A DNA stretch of 37,576 bases from Actinomycetota bacterium (GCA_046725575.1 JBKOYU010000175.1:1-37576), one strand, 5' to 3'; counted from the first letter of the stretch, positions 19,547 through 29,313 are shown. The notes: generated by a model not told the origin, from the sequence alone. Translations and numbers: made by a program.

Positions 19547-20395
19547 ATGGGGGAGGTCTTTGTCGGAAGCGAAGCGATCGCTGCTGGGCGGCTGACGCGG
19601 CAGGAGCTACGGCGGTGGTATCGGCCGCTCTACCGTGGGATATATATGTCCGCTCAGGTGACGCCGTCACTGCGAGACAGAGCCACAGCGGCGTGGCTGG
19701 CGTCGAATCGCCGCGGCGTAATTGCCGGCGCGGCGGCATCCGCGTTACACGGCGCCCAGTGGGTCGACGACGACATACCGATCGAACTGATCGCCCGTCG
19801 CGCCCGACGACAGCGAGGCCTGATAGTGCGCGACGAGGCGCTGGCCGACGATGAGGTGACGTGGGTCGGCAAGTTGCCAGTCACAACGCGGGTGCGAACA
19901 GCGTTCGACCTCGGCCGCTACCTACCGCGGGGAGAAGCCATCGCGCGACTCGATTCCCTCATGCACTCGCGGATCTACTCGATCGAAGACGTATTGCTGC
20001 TCGCCAAGCGATACCGAGGCGCACGTGGGCTGAAGGCACTACGAGCTGCGCTTCCGCTTGTCGACGGCGGTGCCGCGTCTCCGAGGGAAACCTGGCTGCG
20101 GTTGCTGTATATCGACGCGGGATTGCCAAGGCCCACAACCCAAATCCCTATCGTCGAGGGCCGTGGTCGACTCGTTCGGATGGCGGACATGGGGTGGGAG
20201 GAATTCATGGTCGTTTCCGAGTACGACGGAGATCACCATCAAACCAACCGCCGACAGTACGTCAAGGACGTCAAATCGCTGCGCAAGGCAAGAGGTCTGG
20301 GCTGGATCGTCGATCAAGTGGTCAAGGAAGATCGGCCTGCCGACATCGTCGAGCGTGCGCGAACGGTGTTGATGAGTCGTGGCTGGAAGCCTTAG
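19547..20395 (+). CDS. Rv3714c-like protein: AbiEi-like N-terminal region plus DUF559/Vsr-like endonuclease domain
   Basis: RPLYRGIY, SASALHGA-type motif (AASALHGA), TRVRTAFDL, SPRETWLRL, ADMGW..EYDGDHH; lies after recR as in Mtb. Confidence 0.8.
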   Translation: MGEVFVGSEAIAAGRLTRQELRRWYRPLYRGIYMSAQVTPSLRDRATAAWLASNRRGVIAGAAASALHGAQWVDDDIPIELIARRARRQRGLIVRDEALADDEVTWVGKLPVTTRVRTAFDLGRYLPRGEAIARLDSLMHSRIYSIEDVLLLAKRYRGARGLKALRAALPLVDGGAASPRETWLRLLYIDAGLPRPTTQIPIVEGRGRLVRMADMGWEEFMVVSEYDGDHHQTNRRQYVKDVKSLRKARGLGWIVDQVVKEDRPADIVERARTVLMSRGWKP

Positions 20396-21156
20396 CCGCC
20401 GGTCGCGGCTTTCAGATGCGCGGCCGAGGCAAGCTTGAGGTGCACGAGGTCTGAGGCAACCGTCGCGACCGTGAAGCCCTCGGCGAGCCGCCGCGCCGCC
20501 GTTGCCCCGTCGGGTGTATGGATGGCCGCCGCGATCCCGGCCGCCGCAGCGGCATCGCGTATGCGCGTCAGCGCTGCCTCGAATTCGTCCTCCACCGCGG
20601 GATCCTGCGAGTGCGTGCCGCCGATCGCCAACCGCAGATCCGACGGGCCCACGTACACCCCGTCGAGTCCGGCCACCCGGCAGATCTGCTCCACGTTCGC
20701 CAAGCCGTCGGGCGTCTCGATCATCGCCAACACGACCGTGTCCCTATCGGCGTCCGCGGGCCGCGGCCCGATCCGCAGCTGCGAGCGCATCGGGCCGTAT
20801 GAACGGACACCCCTCGGCGGATACGTCGCCGCTGCAACGGCTTTCGCCGCTTCCTCGGCGTTGTTCACCATCGGCACGATGACACCCGCCGCACCCGCAT
20901 CGAGCGCGCGCCCGATCGCCGTCGCGTCGTTGGCTTCCACCCGCACCAGCCCTACCGTCGAACCCGACGCGTCGATCGCCGTGAGCCCCGCGACCATGCC
21001 CGAGTAGCCGATCAAGCCGTGCTGCAAATCCAGTGCGATGTAATCCCACCCGACGTGAGCAAGCCATTCCGTCGACACCGGGCTGTCGAGCACGGACCAG
21101 TAGCCGAGCAGGCGTTCCCGTCTTCTCAGCCGCGCCGCGAACTCGTGTGCGCTCAT
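20392..21156 (-). CDS. HpcH/HpaI class II aldolase family protein
   Basis: LDLQHG, ALDAGAAGVIVPMV, MIETPDG, YVGPSDL. Confidence 0.9.
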   Translation of the reverse strand: MSAHEFAARLRRRERLLGYWSVLDSPVSTEWLAHVGWDYIALDLQHGLIGYSGMVAGLTAIDASGSTVGLVRVEANDATAIGRALDAGAAGVIVPMVNNAEEAAKAVAAATYPPRGVRSYGPMRSQLRIGPRPADADRDTVVLAMIETPDGLANVEQICRVAGLDGVYVGPSDLRLAIGGTHSQDPAVEDEFEAALTRIRDAAAAAGIAAAIHTPDGATAARRLAEGFTVATVASDLVHLKLASAAHLKAATGG

Positions 21157-21162
21157 GATCTC

Positions 21163-22113
21163 CTAACGGTTATAGCTCGGCATCGGACCACGCAACGCCG
21201 CACCCACATCGTCGCAAGCCTCGACCAGGTCGGCGTCCAACGGTCCCTTCGCCACGGCGGAGATGTTCGACCGCAAGTGCTCCACTTTCGATCCGCCGAG
21301 CAGGATCGGACCCGCCGCGGGCTTGGCAACCAGCCAGCGCAACGCCAGCTCCGTCAGCGGTATGCCGCCCTTCTCCGCGATCACCGACAGCTGCTGGATG
21401 GCCTCGAAAATCGCGGCGTTCCAATATCTCTCTTTGTACATCGATGCCAGCCGTGAGCTGCCGAACCGGCCCTCCGACGGGTCCGCGTCGAAGGAATGCC
21501 GCCCCGTCAACAAACCTCCGCCGAGCGGGTTGTACACAACGGTCGTCAGCCCAGTGACCGCGGCGAATTCGGCGTACTCCTCCTCGATCCGTCTGGCCAG
21601 CAGGTTGTACAGCTGTTGTGCCGCGACGGGCCGCGGTGCGCCGACTCCGTCGGCCGTGTGGTTGATTTCGGCGATCTGCCACGCCGCGTAATTCGAGACC
21701 CCGAGCGCACCGATCTTGCCCTCGGCCACAAGTTCGGCGACCGTCCCCAACGTCTCGACCAATGACGCCGCCCGATCGGGTTGGTGTAGATAGAACAGGT
21801 CGATATGGTCGGTCTGCAGCCGAGACAGGCTGCCCTCGACACTGGCCCGCAATCCGGACGCTGACAGCGGCGAGTGATCGCCCGCGTCCGGATGCGGCAT
21901 CCCCGCTTTGCTGGCGAGCGTGACGCGATCCCGTCGGCCTCGCAGCAGCCGGGCCAGCATGCGCTCGGATTCGCCGCCGGCGTAGCCGTTGGCGGTGTCG
22001 ATATGCGTGATCCCCGCGTCCAGCGCGGCATCGACCATCGCCGCGGCCCCGTCGAAGTCGACGGTGTCGCCAAACGTCATCGTGCCGAGCACCAGCGGAC
22101 CGAATTCGGGCAT
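21163..22113 (-). CDS. Aldo/keto reductase
   Basis: LGTMTFG, IDTANGY, IDLFYLHQPD, GVSNY, YNPLGGGLLTG; start ATG 22113 or GTG 22116. Confidence 0.92.
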   Translation of the reverse strand: MPEFGPLVLGTMTFGDTVDFDGAAAMVDAALDAGITHIDTANGYAGGESERMLARLLRGRRDRVTLASKAGMPHPDAGDHSPLSASGLRASVEGSLSRLQTDHIDLFYLHQPDRAASLVETLGTVAELVAEGKIGALGVSNYAAWQIAEINHTADGVGAPRPVAAQQLYNLLARRIEEEYAEFAAVTGLTTVVYNPLGGGLLTGRHSFDADPSEGRFGSSRLASMYKERYWNAAIFEAIQQLSVIAEKGGIPLTELALRWLVAKPAAGPILLGGSKVEHLRSNISAVAKGPLDADLVEACDDVGAALRGPMPSYNR

Positions 22114-22922
22114 CACGCGACTCCTTTCAGCAGGTGGCGCGGCTTGACACCGACCATGGTGGTCGGGTCCAACGCGGCCGCGCGCAACGCCTTCGTGTAC
22201 GGCTCGGCGGGATGAGCGAGAACGTCTGCGGTGGTGCCTTGTTCGACGACCCTGCCCGCCGACATCACGATGATCGTGTCGCCGATTTCCCGGACCACGC
22301 CGAGATTGTGGGAGATGAACAAATACGTCAATCCGGTGTCGCGCTTGATCTCTCGCAGGAGGTCGAGCACCTGTGCCTGCACCGAGACGTCGAGGGCGCT
22401 GGTGGCCTCGTCGCACACCAACAGTTCTGGTTCGCTGGCCAGCGCGCGGGCGATGCCGATGCGCTGGCGCTGCCCACCGGAGAACTCGGCGGGTCGGCGT
22501 GTCAGCGCGGTGGTCGGCAGCCCCACCCGGTCGAGCAACGCCGCAGCTTTCTTCGAGCGTTCGCTCTTGCTGCGGATGCCCTTGAGCCGCAACGGTTCAC
22601 CGACGATGTCCACGGCGGTCAGGTGTGGATCCAGGGAGCCGTACGGATCCTGGAACACCATCTGGATCCGCGAGCGAAACGGGCGCAGCGCGCGTCCCGG
22701 GAGCCGGGCGATGTCGACGCCGTCGACAGCGATCCGCCCCGACGTCGGGGTGAGCAGCCGCACGATCGCCTTGGCGATGGTCGATTTGCCGCACCCGGAT
22801 TCGCCGACGACGGCCAGCGTGGAGCCTTTCTCGATCGCGAAGCTGACGCCGTCGACTGCGCGAAACACGCCGCCCGCCACCGGATATTCGACGACGAGGT
22901 CCTCTACCGACAGCAGGGTCAT
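22113..22922 (-). CDS. ABC transporter ATP-binding protein (Opp/Dpp type)
   Basis: GESGCGKS, FSGGQRQR, CDEATSALD. Confidence 0.93.
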   Translation of the reverse strand: MTLLSVEDLVVEYPVAGGVFRAVDGVSFAIEKGSTLAVVGESGCGKSTIAKAIVRLLTPTSGRIAVDGVDIARLPGRALRPFRSRIQMVFQDPYGSLDPHLTAVDIVGEPLRLKGIRSKSERSKKAAALLDRVGLPTTALTRRPAEFSGGQRQRIGIARALASEPELLVCDEATSALDVSVQAQVLDLLREIKRDTGLTYLFISHNLGVVREIGDTIIVMSAGRVVEQGTTADVLAHPAEPYTKALRAAALDPTTMVGVKPRHLLKGVA

Positions 22923-23728
22923 GCCGGGACTCCCAATGTGTGGTCGGACAGCCGCGGGACGGCCGCCAGCAGCTTCTTGGTGTATGCCGTCTGCGGGTTG
23001 CGCAGCAGGTCTTCGGCCTCGCCACTTTCGACGAATCGGCCGTCCTTCATCACGAAGATGCGATCCGACATCAGTCGCGCGACGCCGAGGTCGTGGGTGA
23101 TCAGCAGGATTCCGATGCCCGTGCGTTCCTGCAGTTCCAGCAGGAGGTCGAGGATGCTGGCCTGAACGGTGACGTCCAGCGCGCTGGTCGGCTCGTCGGC
23201 GACGATCAGTTCCGGCCCGGCGGCCAGCGCCGCGGCGATCAGCACCCGTTGCAGCATGCCGCCGGACAGCTGATGTGGATATTTGGACAGCTGCCGTTCC
23301 GGCTGCGGGATCTTGACCTGCGTGAGAAGTTCGACGGCTCTGGCGGTTTCGCGGGCCTTTCCGGTGATGCCGCTGTGCCGGATCGCGTCGCGCAGCTGCG
23401 AGCCCACGGTGTGCACCGGGCTCAGCGCGGTCATCGGGTCCTGCGGGACCAGCGCGACGTGCTTGCCGCGGATCTTCTGCAGCGCCTTGGGTTTTCCGAG
23501 GATGTCGGTGTCGCCGAAGCGGGCCGAGCCGGACAGCACCGCGAGATCATCGGGTAGCAGGCCGAGGATGCCCATCGCGGTGGTGGACTTGCCGGACCCG
23601 GATTCGCCGATGATGGTGACGGTTTCGCCGGCGTCGATGCAGAACGACACCCCGTCGACAGCGCGGATGACCCCGTCGGCGGTGATGAGCTCGATCTGCA
23701 GGTCGTCGACTCGCAGCAGGTTAGCCAT
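22919..23728 (-). CDS. ABC transporter ATP-binding protein (Opp/Dpp type)
   Basis: GESGSGKS, LSGGMLQR, ADEPTSALD; start MANLL at 23728. Confidence 0.93.
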   Translation of the reverse strand: MANLLRVDDLQIELITADGVIRAVDGVSFCIDAGETVTIIGESGSGKSTTAMGILGLLPDDLAVLSGSARFGDTDILGKPKALQKIRGKHVALVPQDPMTALSPVHTVGSQLRDAIRHSGITGKARETARAVELLTQVKIPQPERQLSKYPHQLSGGMLQRVLIAAALAAGPELIVADEPTSALDVTVQASILDLLLELQERTGIGILLITHDLGVARLMSDRIFVMKDGRFVESGEAEDLLRNPQTAYTKKLLAAVPRLSDHTLGVPA

Positions 23729-24668
23729 CTCGGGACTCTTTCTTTCGCAGGGGAAGCCGTTGCAGCAGACCGAATTTGAAGCCTCCCCGACGGTCGCGCA
23801 GACCGTCGCCGAGGAGGTTGACACCCACCACGAGCAGCGCGATGACCATGCCGGGCAGTGTCACCAGCCACCACGACGTGGTGACGTAGTCCTGGCCGTC
23901 AGAGATGATGCGGCCCCACGTCGCGAACGGCCGCTGCGGGCCCGCTCCGAGGTAGCTCAACGCGCTTTCGAGCAGCACGGCCTGGGCGAGCAGCAGCAGC
24001 GCGACGAGCGACACCTGCTTGATGATGTTGGGCGCGATGTGGCGCAGCAGGATCGCGGTGGCGCCCAGGCCGAGCACATGCGCCGCTTCCACATACGGCT
24101 TCTCGCGTTCCACGAGGCACAGCGAGCGGGTAAGGCGGGCGATCTCGGGCCACTGGGCAATCGCTATGACGAACGTGATCACCGGTATCGACGGGCCAAA
24201 CAGTGCGACCACGAGCAAGAGCATCATCAGCAGAGGCAGCGACAACTGCGCCTCCAGCAGGCGGCTGACGACGGTGTCGGCCCAGCCGCCCCAATATCCG
24301 GCGACCGCGCCGAGCACGAGGCCGATGACGCCGGAGACCACCACGGCCAGAATGCCGATGGTCAGCGACACCTGTCCGCCGAAGAGCACCCGGGCCAGCA
24401 GGTCCCGGCCCAGCTGGTCGGTGCCGAACAGGTGGCCGCCGGTCAGCGGCGGCAGCCGTCGCTGCGCCAGGTCGGTGGCGTCGGGCGACGGCAGCGGGAG
24501 CACGCGCGCGAGCGCCACCGGCACGATGACGGCGAGCGCGCAGATGCTGCCGACCCAGACCTTCAGCCGGCTGTCGCGGGCCCGGCGGGTGGCGCCGGCT
24601 CGGGCGATGTCGCGCGGCGTGACCGCCGACGGGCGCGGCCGGGCGGGCGGATCGATGACGGTAGTCAC
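23721..24668 (-). CDS. ABC transporter permease (DppC-like)
   Basis: FGTDQLGRD, YVEAAHVLG EAA loop, multiple TM segments. Confidence 0.92.
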   Translation of the reverse strand: MTTVIDPPARPRPSAVTPRDIARAGATRRARDSRLKVWVGSICALAVIVPVALARVLPLPSPDATDLAQRRLPPLTGGHLFGTDQLGRDLLARVLFGGQVSLTIGILAVVVSGVIGLVLGAVAGYWGGWADTVVSRLLEAQLSLPLLMMLLLVVALFGPSIPVITFVIAIAQWPEIARLTRSLCLVEREKPYVEAAHVLGLGATAILLRHIAPNIIKQVSLVALLLLAQAVLLESALSYLGAGPQRPFATWGRIISDGQDYVTTSWWLVTLPGMVIALLVVGVNLLGDGLRDRRGGFKFGLLQRLPLRKKESRDG

Positions 24669-25681
24669 TTGGCGGTTCCCTTCCCGAGCCGGACGCGTGG
24701 ATCGAGGAGCGGATAGCAGAGGTCGACCAGCAGCTGGACCAAGATCGCGAGCACGGCCGTCACCAGCACAGTGGCCTGGATGAGCGGGTAGTCCCTGGTG
24801 TCCAGCGCGCGTACGACGAGCGATCCGACGCCGGGCCAGGCGAACACCACCTCGACGAGGACGACGCCGTTGAGCATCAGTGCGAACCGAGTGCCCAGCG
24901 CGGTGAACACCGGTATCGCGGAGTTGCGCAACGCGTATCGCCAGATCAGCTGGCGTTCGGAAACACCGCGCGAACGCGCGACCGTGACGTAGGGCGACGT
25001 GAAGGCGCCCGACATCTCACGGCGGACCAGCCGCGAGATCAGGGCGATCTGCAGGATGGCGATCGTCACGGTGGGCAACACCAGGCTCGACCACATCGCG
25101 AACCCGGCTGTCGGGAAGATCGGGATGAGCACGGCGAACAGGGTGATCAGCATCAGGCCTGTCCAGAAGTCGGGCATCGACTGGCCGGCGATGGTGACGG
25201 CGTTCGCGGCCAGCTCGCGCCGGGTCTCGGCATGGCGGGCCATCCACACTCCGAGCGGGACGGAGACGACAGTGGTCAGCAGGATCGCGGCGATGGACAG
25301 GGTGATCGTGTACGGCAGCCGGCCCATCACGACGTCGAAGGCCGGTGCCTGGAACGAGTACGAGGTGCCCATATCGAGGTGCAGCACGCCCAGTAGATAG
25401 CGCAGGTACTGCATGATCACCGACTCGTCGAGGCCCATATTCGCCCGGATCCGGGCCAGGTCCTCGCTGGTCGCGAGCGGTCCGGCCATCGCATAGGCGG
25501 GATCTCCTGGTGCCAACCGGATGAGCACGAACACCGTGGTCAGGGTGAGGAACACCGTGAGCACGCTTTGACCGAGCCGTTTGACGATGTAGCGCGCGAG
25601 TGCGGTCGATGGCCGCGGGGCCGCGGCGCGGGCGGGCGTGGACTGGGCCGGGGCTACCGTGTCGGCGAGCTGCTGAGTCAT
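24665..25681 (-). CDS. ABC transporter permease (DppB-like)
   Basis: RLAPGDPA, YVTVARSRG, VFAWPGVG, RDYPLIQ, LDPRVR. Confidence 0.92.
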   Translation of the reverse strand: MTQQLADTVAPAQSTPARAAAPRPSTALARYIVKRLGQSVLTVFLTLTTVFVLIRLAPGDPAYAMAGPLATSEDLARIRANMGLDESVIMQYLRYLLGVLHLDMGTSYSFQAPAFDVVMGRLPYTITLSIAAILLTTVVSVPLGVWMARHAETRRELAANAVTIAGQSMPDFWTGLMLITLFAVLIPIFPTAGFAMWSSLVLPTVTIAILQIALISRLVRREMSGAFTSPYVTVARSRGVSERQLIWRYALRNSAIPVFTALGTRFALMLNGVVLVEVVFAWPGVGSLVVRALDTRDYPLIQATVLVTAVLAILVQLLVDLCYPLLDPRVRLGKGTAK

Positions 25682-25713
25682 CGACGACCTTTCTGTAACT
25701 CAGCTCACAATGA

Positions 25714-25768
25714 CACTTTTGCGTGTTGTGCGCAAGAGTCCGCTCAAATGTTGCGTGTTTCGAGCAAG
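25714..25768. promoter_or_regulatory. Putative DeoR operator pair in the divergent promoter
   Basis: TGCGTGTT cores at 25720 and 25752, 32 bp apart. Confidence 0.65.
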
Positions 25769-25815
25769 TGGGCGTACAGTCCGGTGTGTCAACGATCACA
25801 CCCGGGAGGTCGCCG

Positions 25816-27390
25816 GTGACCAAACCGCTTTTCGAGCAGCAGTTCTCGCGGCGCACCATGCTGCGGTCCAGCCTGATGCTTGGTGCCGGGCTTGCCATCG
25901 GTGCGGGCGCGGGATGCGCGACACCGACCGGGACCCCGGGGCCGACGACCATGAGCCTGGGGTTGAACAGATCGCTCGTCAGCCTCGACAACAAGCTCAA
26001 CCAGTTCGACGCCGCCGTGACCGTCCAGCGCGGTGTGCGTCAGGCGCTCACAGAGATCGATCAGCAGCTTCGGCCGCGGTTGGTGCTCGCCGACCAGTTC
26101 AAGCTCGTCTCGCCGACCAAGTGGTACGTGCGCCTGCGGCCTGGGATCCGCTACTCGGACGGCTCGCCGGTGCGCGTCGAGGACATCGCGACCGCACTGA
26201 AGATGTACAGCGAGGTCGACGGCTCGTTCGTCGCCGGATTCTTCCCGGAGTTCCCCTCCGTCGAAAAGATCGACGAGACCAGCTTCACCCTGAACACCGA
26301 ACACCCGGTGCCAGTGCTCGACTATCTGATGTCGAACATCCTCATCACGCCCGCCGCCAAGAACGCCCCCGAGGAACTGCAGTCCGGCCTGGGAACCGGC
26401 CCGTACGTCGTGACCGAAAGCAACCGCGGTGCCGGCACCTACACCCTGGTGCGCAACGACAAGTATTGGGGCACACCGGCACACGTCGAGTCGGTGCGCG
26501 TGCGCTTCATGCCCGACGAGACCAGCCGCGTCGTCGCGCTCCGCAGCGGCGAGATCGACGTCATCGACTCCATCACGCCGGACTCGGCCGACCAGCTCGC
26601 CGGCCTCAAGGGTGTCACGATCGACCGCGTCGAAGGGGTCCGGCTCAACCAGCTGTTCTTCAATTTCCGCAAGCCGCCGAACCATCCGCTCGCCGACGCC
26701 AACGTGCGGCGCGCCTTGACCTACGCGATCGACGGTGGAGCGCTCATCGACCACGTGATGCAGGGTTCGGCGACGGCCTCCCGAGGCGTCATCCCATTGA
26801 CCCTCGACGGCGCCATCGAGACCGGGGAATACACGTACGACCCACAGCGGACACGCGCCCAACTCGACGCCTTGGGCGTGCGGGACCTGAAGCTCAAGAT
26901 CATTTGGGAGTCAGGCGAATTCGCTGCCGACACCGACATCATGGAGTCGGTGGTCCAGATGCTGGGCGCGGTCGGCGTGCAGGCCGTGCTCCAGCAGTTC
27001 GAACCGGGCGGCGACATTTCCAAGTGGCGTCAGGGCAAGGCCGGTGACTGGGATGTGCTCGGCAACGGCTTCCCGAGTCCCACCGGCCTGGCGTTGACGA
27101 TCATGCAGGGCATGTACGCCGGGACCGCCGATAAGGAAGCCACCCGCGACACCTACCACGGCTACATCTTTCCGGAAATCACCGCGGTCATCACCCGGGC
27201 ATCCGAGGAACCCGACCCGGCGCGCCGCAACGAACTGCTTGCCGACGCGCAGCGACGGATCTGGGACACCTGCCCGATGCTGTGGTCGTTCGTGCCGAAG
27301 GCGGTGCTGGCCCGTCGCGACCGCATCGACGGTATCGCGTTGCGCCCGACCAATTCCTACGACCTCACGGCGGTGTCCCTGCACACATGA
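25816..27390 (+). CDS. Family-5 ABC substrate-binding protein, Tat lipoprotein
   Basis: GGGAGG SD; FSRRTML twin-arginine motif; lipobox GAGC; GTGPY, SGEIDV. Confidence 0.9.
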   Translation: MTKPLFEQQFSRRTMLRSSLMLGAGLAIGAGAGCATPTGTPGPTTMSLGLNRSLVSLDNKLNQFDAAVTVQRGVRQALTEIDQQLRPRLVLADQFKLVSPTKWYVRLRPGIRYSDGSPVRVEDIATALKMYSEVDGSFVAGFFPEFPSVEKIDETSFTLNTEHPVPVLDYLMSNILITPAAKNAPEELQSGLGTGPYVVTESNRGAGTYTLVRNDKYWGTPAHVESVRVRFMPDETSRVVALRSGEIDVIDSITPDSADQLAGLKGVTIDRVEGVRLNQLFFNFRKPPNHPLADANVRRALTYAIDGGALIDHVMQGSATASRGVIPLTLDGAIETGEYTYDPQRTRAQLDALGVRDLKLKIIWESGEFAADTDIMESVVQMLGAVGVQAVLQQFEPGGDISKWRQGKAGDWDVLGNGFPSPTGLALTIMQGMYAGTADKEATRDTYHGYIFPEITAVITRASEEPDPARRNELLADAQRRIWDTCPMLWSFVPKAVLARRDRIDGIALRPTNSYDLTAVSLHT

Positions 27391-28565
27391 GCACTGACGT
27401 CCAAGCCGCCGATGGCGTGCTGCGCAGCACCGCTGAGCCGGGCCGTCGCCAGGCCCTGCTGCCCGCGCCGCAGGTGCAAAACCATGCCGCGAATCTGGCT
27501 GTGCTGCCCGATGATTCGCTCGGCTGTGTGTGGTTCGCCGGAACTCAGGAGGGGGTACCGGACATCAGCATCTGGTTCTCCCGGCTCGACGGCGACGTGT
27601 GGTCCGAGCCGATGCAGCTGTCGAACGATCCGACCCGATCCGAACAGAACCCGGTGCTGCACGTGCGCGACTCCGGTGAGGTGTGGCTGCTGTGGACATC
27701 GCAGCACGCGGGTAACCAAGACACCGCGCGGGTGTTGCGCCGGATCTCCACCGACGGTGGCCACACCTGGGGGCCGATCCACACCATGCTCGGCGAGACC
27801 GCCGAAGGCGGAATCTTTGTCCGGCAACCCATCGTCGCGCTGTCTTCGGGACGGCTGTTGTTGCCGATCTTCCACTGCGTGCGCGTGCCGGGACAGAAAT
27901 GGGTGGGTGACCGCGACTACAGCGCGGTGATGATTTCCGACGCTGGCGGCGAATCCTGGCGGGAGGTCGTCGTTCCGGACAGCGTCGGCTGTGTACACAT
28001 GAACATCGGCCGGCTCGCCGACGGAACCCTCGTCGCCCTGTACCGCAGCCGGTGGGCCGATGTAATCTACCGCAGCACATCCGACGACGACGGCGACACC
28101 TGGACTCCGCCGGTGCCCACCGAGCTGCCCAACAACAACTCCTCGGTGCAGTTCGTGGTGCTCGCAGGCGACCGACTTGCGTTGGTGTTCAACGAGTCCA
28201 GCGCCGCGGACGCCACCGCGCGACGGACGTCGCTCTACGACGAGATCGACGACGACGGGCTCGCGGACACGCCGGCGCCGGCCGAGGGCGCCTCCACCGG
28301 CCATAGTGCCGCCTTCTGGGGTGCACCCCGGGCACCGATGACACTGGCCATCTCCGAGGATGGTGGCCTGACGTGGCCAACGCGCCGCAACATCGAAATC
28401 GGCGACGGATATTGCCTTTCCAACAACTCGCGCGATGGCCTCAACCGCGAGTTCTCGTATCCGACGATCACCGCGACAGGCGGGCGGTTGCACATCGCGT
28501 TCACGCGGTTTCGGCAGGCGATCGAGTACGTCGAGCTGACACCCGACTGGATCAGCGGTCCGTGA
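27387..28565 (+). CDS. Sialidase-fold (BNR/Asp-box) protein, no signal peptide
   Basis: Asp boxes STDGGHTW, SDAGGESW, SDDDGDTW, SEDGGLTW; EFSYP; ATGA overlap with the SBP gene. Confidence 0.85.
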   Translation: MSTDVQAADGVLRSTAEPGRRQALLPAPQVQNHAANLAVLPDDSLGCVWFAGTQEGVPDISIWFSRLDGDVWSEPMQLSNDPTRSEQNPVLHVRDSGEVWLLWTSQHAGNQDTARVLRRISTDGGHTWGPIHTMLGETAEGGIFVRQPIVALSSGRLLLPIFHCVRVPGQKWVGDRDYSAVMISDAGGESWREVVVPDSVGCVHMNIGRLADGTLVALYRSRWADVIYRSTSDDDGDTWTPPVPTELPNNNSSVQFVVLAGDRLALVFNESSAADATARRTSLYDEIDDDGLADTPAPAEGASTGHSAAFWGAPRAPMTLAISEDGGLTWPTRRNIEIGDGYCLSNNSRDGLNREFSYPTITATGGRLHIAFTRFRQAIEYVELTPDWISGP

Positions 28566-29245
28566 CCGCCGCGTGCACGGCGGTGGTCACCGGCGCGAGC
28601 TCCGGGATCGGCGCCGCCACCGCTCGCCGACTGCTGTGCGACGGCTGGACTGTCGTGGGGCTCAGCCGCCGCGATCCTGAGCTGAACGATGACAGGTTCG
28701 CTTGGCTTCCAGTAGATCTCACCGACGTTGCGCAACTGAGGAGCCGCGCGTCGGAGATCGGCGCGGTGGACGCCATCGTGCACGCCGCTGGATTTCAACG
28801 TTCCGCACCCCTTGGCGCGCTGAACGTCGACGACGGGCTGGCCATGTGGCGAGTCCATGTCGCGGCGGCCGAAGTCCTCGTCGATGCGTTGGCTGACCGT
28901 ATCCGCGACGGCGGCCGTGTGGTGTTGGTCGGCAGCCGAACTATGAGCGGGAATGCCGGCAAAAGCCAGTACGCCGCAACCAAATCCGCGCTCACCGGCA
29001 TGGTCCGTTCGTGGGCGAAGGAACTCGTCGATCGGGCGATCACCGTGAACGTCGTGGCGCCCGGCCCGACGGACACCCCGATGCTCGGTGACCCGGCCAG
29101 GCGGCACACCCCGCCCAAGCCGCCGCCGATGGGTAGGTTCATCGACCCCGACGAGGTCGCTGGGTTGATCGGCTTTCTCCTTGGCCCGCATGGCTGCAAC
29201 ATCACCGGGCAGGCCATCGTGCAGTGCGGGGGAGCGTCATTGTGA
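28562..29245 (+). CDS. SDR family oxidoreductase
   Basis: TGASSGIG, YAATK, VAPGPTDT; GTGA overlap. Confidence 0.9.
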   Translation: MTAACTAVVTGASSGIGAATARRLLCDGWTVVGLSRRDPELNDDRFAWLPVDLTDVAQLRSRASEIGAVDAIVHAAGFQRSAPLGALNVDDGLAMWRVHVAAAEVLVDALADRIRDGGRVVLVGSRTMSGNAGKSQYAATKSALTGMVRSWAKELVDRAITVNVVAPGPTDTPMLGDPARRHTPPKPPPMGRFIDPDEVAGLIGFLLGPHGCNITGQAIVQCGGASL

Positions 29246-29248
29246 CGC

Positions 29249-29297
29249 TGCGCAAAACACGCAGAAGTGATAGGCTGAACCGCGCAGAACACGCAAC
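29249..29297. promoter_or_regulatory. Putative DeoR operator pair flanking a -10 element
   Basis: AACACGCA at 29256 and 29288 (32 bp apart); TAGGCT at 29271-29276 between them. Confidence 0.65.
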
Positions 29298-29313
29298 TAT
29301 CCGGGGCCGACAG

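Noticed and set aside
23283-24716. Long antisense or alternate-frame ORFs (also 11211-12512, 8700-9941, 25710-27047, 32846-34264, 36308-37435)
   Set aside because: Shadow ORFs expected at high GC; they overlap well-supported genes and have no recognisable motifs.
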